From: a virus
Lineage: Duplodnaviria; Caudoviricetes
Virus record (IMG/VR): IMGVR_UViG_3300015050_000527
Location: 1-49,530 of that record
Reading direction: 5' to 3' (one strand)
DNA length: 49,530 bases
This document shows positions 44,201-49,530 of the stretch, in pieces (the stretch's first letter is position 1; the number at the start of each line of letters is the position of its first letter). A model generated the notes under the pieces. The model saw only the letters and a list, made by a program, of their open reading frames with translations. It was not told the origin of the DNA and searched no databases. The position numbers and the translations under genes are program-made.

Positions 44201-47200
44201 TCTAGTTTGTGTCACTTGTTCAGTGGCGAGTTGTCTTCTCATTTCAACTTCTTTGGATGCAGTGTCAGTTCCAACAGGAGATGCTTTAAACAAACCAGCG
44301 ACAGGTGCGCCAAAGATAGCTGCCAAGTCTTCGACAAGTCCTTCTGATCCTCTGTTGCCATAGATGTCTTCTAGAACGTTTCGTGGAGTTATTGCTACGC
44401 CGGTCATTCCATAAACCAAGTCGCCAATAGCAGCAGTCTTGTACTCTTTTCTTACTTCTTTTGTTTTGTCTAGCTGCTCTTGGTTTACTCTAATGATTTC
44501 ATTTAATCTATTGATTTCAGTTAGATTTGCTTGCTCTTCAGCGGTGAAGCCTTTTCTTCCACCTGCGCGAATGATGTCTGCACTAGTGATCACACCCTTT
44601 TCTGCTTGATATGTCTTCAGTTCAGTTTTTGTTTTCTCGATTTCTTTTTCGAGTCTCTTTATCTCAGGCTGAGTCTGCTTATATCCTTCAAGGAACGTAT
44701 TGATCGATCTGTTCAGATACTTCGAATTCATTCCTAGTGCGGGTGCTAGTGCTTGATCGATGAATTCGTCTAGATAAACACCAGCCAGCTTTTGGAATGT
44801 TTCACCGATTGCAGCGCCCTGTTGTTTGCCAAATATCTTTGTTCCGAGTTTCTGGAAATCATCAGACAGAAGAGTTCCTGTTATGTTTCTTCCTGCTCTG
44901 CGTTCGTCTTCTCTGCGAGCTTCGCCTGCTGGACCAAGAAGTCCCTGAACTAGAGGGCTGAAAATGCCCTTCAGTTCAGAATTAAATTCTTCTTGCAGTC
45001 TATCTCTCTCTTGTTGATATTCATCAACGTTTCTATACAATTCTGTCTGGCGTCTAGCTTCTTCGAGTTGATCTCTAGATAGGTTTCTTGACCCGACGGA
45101 TAATGAATACTGATCTTGAACAGTATTAAGTATTTTACCTAATTGTTGAGTTTGTTGCTGTGCGTAGGGCGATCTGAGTCCACCACCAGAAACACCAGTG
45201 TCTGAAAGTGTAATAGATGATGTATCAGAAGTAAGAGGAGTATATTCCGGCAATTTAAATCCACCACCAGAAACACCCGTGTCCGATGGTGTAACAGATG
45301 ATGTATCAGCAGCAAGGGGAGTGTATTTTGGCGTTGGAGGTCCTCCGCCAAAAGTTCCTTGTCCATTATCTACGCCCTTAGCTCTAGAGAAGTCTACGTG
45401 GAAATGTCCGCCCGTCTTATGTGCGGAATCTTCTGCGTACTCATCTTTAACCCAAGCGCCAGTTGCAGCAGAAATTGATTTAGCTATAGACTGTCTGCTG
45501 CTATCATTTTGCGCCAGATTTGGCGGTATAGTCATATCAAAAGCAAGACCTCTTGTATGAGGACTTCTAGGAGATTTTTCTTGATGATACTGATCATTAA
45601 ATCCCGTGAATCTAGCTCCAGATATATTTCCTTGAACCCACTGAGCACCACCAATTGTACTTGCAGAGATTGTCCCACCAGATTTTTGTGTGTATCCTTC
45701 TTTGATGTTTAGACCAAGTCTCTTTAGGTCGGCTTCTGTATATAAATTTCCAGCAACTGCTGATTGTGGCGCTCCTGCTGCTGCTGCGGGTGGTGTTGCC
45801 GCCGCCGGCGCTGATGGTGACGCTGCTGCTGCCGGCAGTGGTGTTGATGTGTTCGCTACAGAGAATCCACCAGACGGATTTCCTCCATATCCAGTAAAAC
45901 TATCATCTAATCTACCCAGCTTAGTGATTTCAAATCTGTCAGGAAGAGCTTTGTTTATTTTCTCAATTATCCAGTTTAGAGAATCTACAATTAAGTTGCC
46001 CATTTTCGCAAAAACAGGAGTCAATAAACTGCCTATCATTTGAAATGTATTTTTGAATCCACTAATGATGCCATCGAATATATTCATTCCTGCATCTTTG
46101 ATCACTTTCCAGTCGAGTGTGAATATGCCCACAACCAAATCAATGACATTTTTGAACATGTTCAATGCAGTTTTCAACTGTTCGCCGATGTATGTGCCAA
46201 TGCTGCTATAGATTTTCATCGCAGTTTCTGAGAATAGTACGTCTCCGAGAAAACTGAATAGCGATGATAGTCCATTAAATGCAGTTGTGAATAGCTCTTT
46301 AGCTGCGCCAAACACTTTTTGTGCGGGCTCAGATGTTATGATTTTACCTATGAATTCTAAGAATGATTTAATGCCATCCAGTATATCTCCGGTAATGAGT
46401 GTCACTGTTTTAGTGAGATATTCTTGAATTGGAGTTCCATCGCTTGTTTGAATTCCCATCATTTTGCCTAGGAAGTCGAATAATCCGCCTATGCCGCCAA
46501 TGAATCCACCGATGAAGCCGGAAATTCTTTCTCTCATTCCAACTTGTTCTACGCCAAAAGTTGCTTGTAGATATTCTGTGTCGAGTGCTGTTGTTAAGCC
46601 ATCGAAAATACTCAATATAAGTCCTAGAGGACCCAATACTTTACCTATACCTTTAACGAAAGCAGTAACGTCTGTCATCTCTCCCAAAAATCTCAAAGGA
46701 CCCTCAAGCATTGGTTTGAATCCAGCGAAGAATCCTCCTATTTTAGATATGGTTCCACCTAAAAGAGATGCGTCTTTTACTACATCACCAACAGTGTCAA
46801 CTGTTTTGACAGTTTCTCCAATAGTAGTTGCTAATCTAGCTGTGTCAGCACCAGCTCCAGCAGCTTTAGCGACATCACCCGCTCCGCCGGCAGTTTTAGC
46901 TAATCCAGTTTCATCCGCTACAGCTATAGGAGATTTAAATGATTTCTGTATCGCTGAAAGATCATCAGCCAATGCGATAAACGTTTTCTGAACACCGCTT
47001 TTTAGATAATTAAGTGATGATGCAAGATCGTCACCCAACATCGATACGGCTTTACCCATATTAGAGTTCTTTAGTATGCCCAGAGACTCGTTTATTTTAG
47101 ATGATAATGTAGTTCCTATAAGATCAAAGAATGAACCGAATCGTTTTCCGATATCAAGTAAAGATCCAAACACTGATGTTTTTATTTCAGTGAGTTTTGA

Positions 47201-48139
47201 ACTTGTTGACTTTTTCAAGTCATCGAAGCCAGAAGAAATTGTAGACTTTAACTCACCGATCTTAGTGCCGAATGCAGTTTTCAAATCTCCGAATTTATTT
47301 TTTCCTAAAGTTTTTAGTTCATCTAATTGAAACTTAGCGAACTCAAATACTATAGCAAATGCTGTAATAAATTTCTTTGCTTTTAATGCGATATCATCAA
47401 GTTTCAATAATTTTTTTATATCATCAAGTTTCAATAGCTTTTTGAGACCATTTAAAAATTCACCTATTAGGGCTGATGTTTTTGGAAATTTTATTTTCTC
47501 AAACATACTGCCAAGTCTTTTGAGAAACTCAGTGACCTTAGGAAATTTAGTGTCTAAAAGAGATTTTATTCCTTTTATAAAACTGTCTATACCAGGAAAC
47601 TTAATCTTCTTAAAGAAATCACCTATTCCTCGGAATAAATTTTTTAGATAATCTCCTATCTTTAAATCTGGAAGTTTGAACTTAGTTTTTAAATCACCTA
47701 AAACTTTTCCCAGTAATGCAGCAAGTTTTTTAGGCAAAGCAACCAATCCAGACAACATGGCTTTCAGCATATCTAAAATTGGTGTTTTTTCCTTGTCTCT
47801 CAGTAGATTGAGAATCTCAGAGACATCTTTCTGAATCTTGTCTACGTTGATCGCCATGCCTTTCGTGATAGCCATGAAGATAGCGTCAAACTTTTTCTTC
47901 TCGTTATCTCGCTCTTCAGCAAAGCCGCGATCACGGCTCGCTTCTTCACTTCTTCTCTTCTCTTTGTCTTTTTCAGTTTTGTCGATTCTGCTGAGACCTT
48001 TGCTGAGTGCAGAACTCATTGTTGAGAAGCCAGCGCCTTGAGATAGTGATCCCTTTATGCCAGATGTGAGTGCCTGCATCGATCCTGATACGGACGATGA
48101 GATGATGTTACCTAATTTGAGTGCAGCAGAATCAGCCAT
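41243..48139 (-). CDS. tape measure / baseplate hub (gp29-like) protein with embedded Zn-peptidase-like domain
   Basis: 2298 aa, long amphipathic G/A/F repeats, position after gp26/gp51; SPH..GLA.D...HFH motif; PA linkers. Confidence 0.8.
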   Translation of the reverse strand: MADSAALKLGNIISSSVSGSMQALTSGIKGSLSQGAGFSTMSSALSKGLSRIDKTEKDKEKRRSEEASRDRGFAEERDNEKKKFDAIFMAITKGMAINVDKIQKDVSEILNLLRDKEKTPILDMLKAMLSGLVALPKKLAALLGKVLGDLKTKFKLPDLKIGDYLKNLFRGIGDFFKKIKFPGIDSFIKGIKSLLDTKFPKVTEFLKRLGSMFEKIKFPKTSALIGEFLNGLKKLLKLDDIKKLLKLDDIALKAKKFITAFAIVFEFAKFQLDELKTLGKNKFGDLKTAFGTKIGELKSTISSGFDDLKKSTSSKLTEIKTSVFGSLLDIGKRFGSFFDLIGTTLSSKINESLGILKNSNMGKAVSMLGDDLASSLNYLKSGVQKTFIALADDLSAIQKSFKSPIAVADETGLAKTAGGAGDVAKAAGAGADTARLATTIGETVKTVDTVGDVVKDASLLGGTISKIGGFFAGFKPMLEGPLRFLGEMTDVTAFVKGIGKVLGPLGLILSIFDGLTTALDTEYLQATFGVEQVGMRERISGFIGGFIGGIGGLFDFLGKMMGIQTSDGTPIQEYLTKTVTLITGDILDGIKSFLEFIGKIITSEPAQKVFGAAKELFTTAFNGLSSLFSFLGDVLFSETAMKIYSSIGTYIGEQLKTALNMFKNVIDLVVGIFTLDWKVIKDAGMNIFDGIISGFKNTFQMIGSLLTPVFAKMGNLIVDSLNWIIEKINKALPDRFEITKLGRLDDSFTGYGGNPSGGFSVANTSTPLPAAAASPSAPAAATPPAAAAGAPQSAVAGNLYTEADLKRLGLNIKEGYTQKSGGTISASTIGGAQWVQGNISGARFTGFNDQYHQEKSPRSPHTRGLAFDMTIPPNLAQNDSSRQSIAKSISAATGAWVKDEYAEDSAHKTGGHFHVDFSRAKGVDNGQGTFGGGPPTPKYTPLAADTSSVTPSDTGVSGGGFKLPEYTPLTSDTSSITLSDTGVSGGGLRSPYAQQQTQQLGKILNTVQDQYSLSVGSRNLSRDQLEEARRQTELYRNVDEYQQERDRLQEEFNSELKGIFSPLVQGLLGPAGEARREDERRAGRNITGTLLSDDFQKLGTKIFGKQQGAAIGETFQKLAGVYLDEFIDQALAPALGMNSKYLNRSINTFLEGYKQTQPEIKRLEKEIEKTKTELKTYQAEKGVITSADIIRAGGRKGFTAEEQANLTEINRLNEIIRVNQEQLDKTKEVRKEYKTAAIGDLVYGMTGVAITPRNVLEDIYGNRGSEGLVEDLAAIFGAPVAGLFKASPVGTDTASKEVEMRRQLATEQVTQTRAVNTENIQAHSQLQQNVLTAQTGLFEKLLNGMSSVFTSGADMFKGALGSIGINIGGAGGGNILERLGGDIAKDVVNTISGNKPSGTAIPGGMFPAFNSETGETYYTDIATESSGGFVGPPAPSSVKFGMGNLSLGSIGSSAMGRVGSFASKTLDNFITSKISSSLGGGFAGQIGGSLVADFGKSLFSGGNFNFFQSLGNTFGVKLGPGASMTDFMSGFKNVGGNMMMNMGGTIANLGANMGSQFVTELGAGMAQSGAGVAFGSAGTGTMQIGQALGEVGGILGPAMMSYNLSKMIGGEYKTGLPVNEIAAIASYFVGPIAGVIGGLVNRAFGRGPKKVQASRVVGDLKYDASNLRTEQDWKQKGGWFRSSKSGTDVKQFTSEETDAVNDAIASVYDNLKLVTEGLKLDISSAYNFSKTIRLDMTKLTPEQQQKKWEEVFQQFNDEMYRFTFGASLEAARNIITDQSGNEVLESYEQTLIRLTQIDQVFNLAMDSVLEIAGKNIDSMFTRLTGQLDNATKIFVADMKDAYTAAFGGIQELNRVQTEYVNLFYTEEEKSNQAIRDANEAITEALKDTTISATQFTQGFGTTAELQAVDQETFMEAQRLRYRTMVEDFEKTYGWMLTSTEENVKEYAVLEKGIKDAGSDFMTAAQLTYEAANKLTETDAADIVNTARTVGTGPGPAGELGFGPSPAPAPAPAPAPAPAPASAAAPAPAPAPATPVTPAVPALTAGTLQGSIELLNTSGSITDKENFYNDMIASGDITKANLDQAIIEYGRTRDMRTGLFGTGGATRYSTVSSVDAWYDRPVPVAVAPATTPIMGPGFNFMNVDYLTTLPWYKNLVANGTVAARAAGGSYGSNKPIVVGEVGPEIMMPNAMGSIIPTHKIIEAVQNASSLDSKTRKLLTSARPEPNPISDAYMMQQAMNTAMSAERDIVSSVNNSMVNQTVNNVSSPQTNIVSSGTGGVRSDNPMMNSFSRSSTRPRSF

Positions 48140-48476
48140 TTTGTTCTTCTTGATCCTTTGACGTAATTACATTCGTCTGTCTTTGATTTGATGTAGCAAC
48201 GAGAGATGTGGCTCCAGTTTGCATTTTTTCTTGTCCTCTGCTCCAAGCAGTCACACCAAGAATAGCGCCCATAGACAAATGAAAAAGCCCAGCGCCCTGA
48301 AGTGTCAGTGGCAGCCAGGCTTCTGTGACATTACCTTTATACGATGCTTGAAGAATGCTCCATAGAATGGGAGCAGCAATGAAATCAAAAATACAGATAG
48401 TCATGTAAGACCATGCCATGGCAGGTCTCCATTTTTTATTGAACCATGTTTCTTTTTCTATCTGAGAATTCTGCAT
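48132..48476 (-). CDS. 3TM holin-family membrane protein
   Basis: WRPAMAW.Y...FDF...PLTLQG.GLFH..MGAILG..AWSRGQEK. Confidence 0.7.
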   Translation of the reverse strand: MQNSQIEKETWFNKKWRPAMAWSYMTICIFDFIAAPILWSILQASYKGNVTEAWLPLTLQGAGLFHLSMGAILGVTAWSRGQEKMQTGATSLVATSNQRQTNVITSKDQEEQNG

Positions 48477-48482
48477 TCCTTG

Positions 48483-48686
48483 TCACCTCTTAGATGATCG
48501 CATTCTGGCTTCTTGCTCCCTCATGCGTTCGTTTTCTTCTTTGATGTGTTGAGCTAGAAGAGTAACATAAATGTCTCTCTCAAATGGAAGCATATCTTCA
48601 AGTTCACTTAAACTGTATTTATGATGCTGAACTAAAGCAAAGTTTGTCTTGTAATAGTTTATAATCGATTCATGAGCGAGGATCAG
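48483..48686 (-). CDS. 51: baseplate hub assembly protein gp51 (no upstream ATG; not in ORF track)
   Basis: LAHESIINYYKTNFALVQHHKYSLSELEDMLPFERDIYVTLL...EEN. Confidence 0.85.
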   Translation of the reverse strand: MILAHESIINYYKTNFALVQHHKYSLSELEDMLPFERDIYVTLLAQHIKEENERMREQEARMRSSKR

Positions 48687-49423
48687 CCGAAAAAATTTGC
48701 CATTCCTTCAACCTCAACTGAATCTTCGCATCCACATTCAGAACAAGTCCACTTCAAATTGTGCTTTAGCTTTGGCATGTTGCCGAAGAAGTCGGTGAGC
48801 TTTCGGAACTGATCCTGCGAAAGATCATTCACGAAGTCGAGAAGCTCTTTCTTCGATGTATCTTTTGCAGGATAAACATTGTCTTTATCGTAGATGTATT
48901 CAATGCTTTCAGCGACAAGATCAAGCACAGATTCAATCTGACTCTTCTGAGTGACTAGTTGCATTTTGTCTGCAAGAGCCATCGTTGGATATTTGAGACA
49001 GACGCCAATCATTGCATCTTCATCGATTAAAATCTTATTTGTATGATCTGCATCTTTCTGAACTTCAACCTCCATCAAGTTCAACTTGAACTTAGTGACA
49101 TGACTGCATTCACGAATATCTGAGTTCGTATTGTTTGGATGAGTCAACTGAAGCTCAATGATTTCGCCAACAGACTTTGCGCGAAGTTTGATGAAGAAGT
49201 ATTCAAGATCAAACATAGGCAACTGATCAACATCAATCTTGTCGATTGCGCAGTTGTTGATGATTTGCTTCATTGCGCGCATCATCTCTTTTTGTTCTTT
49301 GCTTTCTAGCGCCATCAGCAAGAGTTTTTGCTCTTTGACTAGAAATGGACGATACTTAACTTCTTTTCCTGTCGAGGGAAGTGTAAGTTCATGAATTGGT
49401 GAGTTTAGTTTAGGTAAAGCCAT
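48683..49423 (-). CDS. 26: baseplate hub subunit/chaperone gp26
   Basis: MALPKL..P...L.LPST...YRPFLVKE, FDLEYFF..LRAKSVGE, KYP, MPKL, C..CG...G..NFF. Confidence 0.92.
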   Translation of the reverse strand: MALPKLNSPIHELTLPSTGKEVKYRPFLVKEQKLLLMALESKEQKEMMRAMKQIINNCAIDKIDVDQLPMFDLEYFFIKLRAKSVGEIIELQLTHPNNTNSDIRECSHVTKFKLNLMEVEVQKDADHTNKILIDEDAMIGVCLKYPTMALADKMQLVTQKSQIESVLDLVAESIEYIYDKDNVYPAKDTSKKELLDFVNDLSQDQFRKLTDFFGNMPKLKHNLKWTCSECGCEDSVEVEGMANFFG

Positions 49424-49530
49424 GATTTTTCACGCTCCTTATATTAATTGCGTTCTTAAAATTAAAAAATACTATCTATTGCAATCTATTCCAAAATACT
49501 CTCGTGTAGTATCTATATGTCATAGTTACA

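Noticed and set aside
41989-48041. Plus-strand ORFs within the tape-measure gene
   Set aside because: Antisense shadows of a repetitive low-complexity gene; no RBS or motifs

Overview
This is a 49.5 kb segment of a large T4-like (Tevenvirinae-related, myovirus) phage genome. The host is probably a betaproteobacterium, inferred from the tmRNA tag ANDEKFALAA and Burkholderiales-like genes. Left to right: conserved middle genes (metallophosphoesterase, glutaredoxin, RNase H); a ~6 kb tRNA/ncRNA operon (about 21 tRNAs) with an rRNA-operon-like leader, a family of inverted-repeat RNA stalks, a tRNA mimic with a 20-nt anticodon loop, and a homing endonuclease carrying a replacement tRNA-Asn; a ~17 kb hypervariable early region of short ORFs behind sigma70 promoters bearing IscR-type-1-like and TGT-N12-ACA palindromes, including a tandem family of 'MNERI...KFAELIVREC...HFGVE' paralogs; then a nucleotidyltransferase/cupin, DenV-like glycosylase, PhoH, M15A peptidase, exonuclease, a circularly permuted two-piece tmRNA, a sugar-modification island, SleB, gp33, gp59 and gp32. 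On the minus strand lie a 2298-aa tape-measure/hub protein, a holin, and gp26/gp51 joined by a likely -1 frameshift. All calls were made by eye from motifs, without database searches or folding software.
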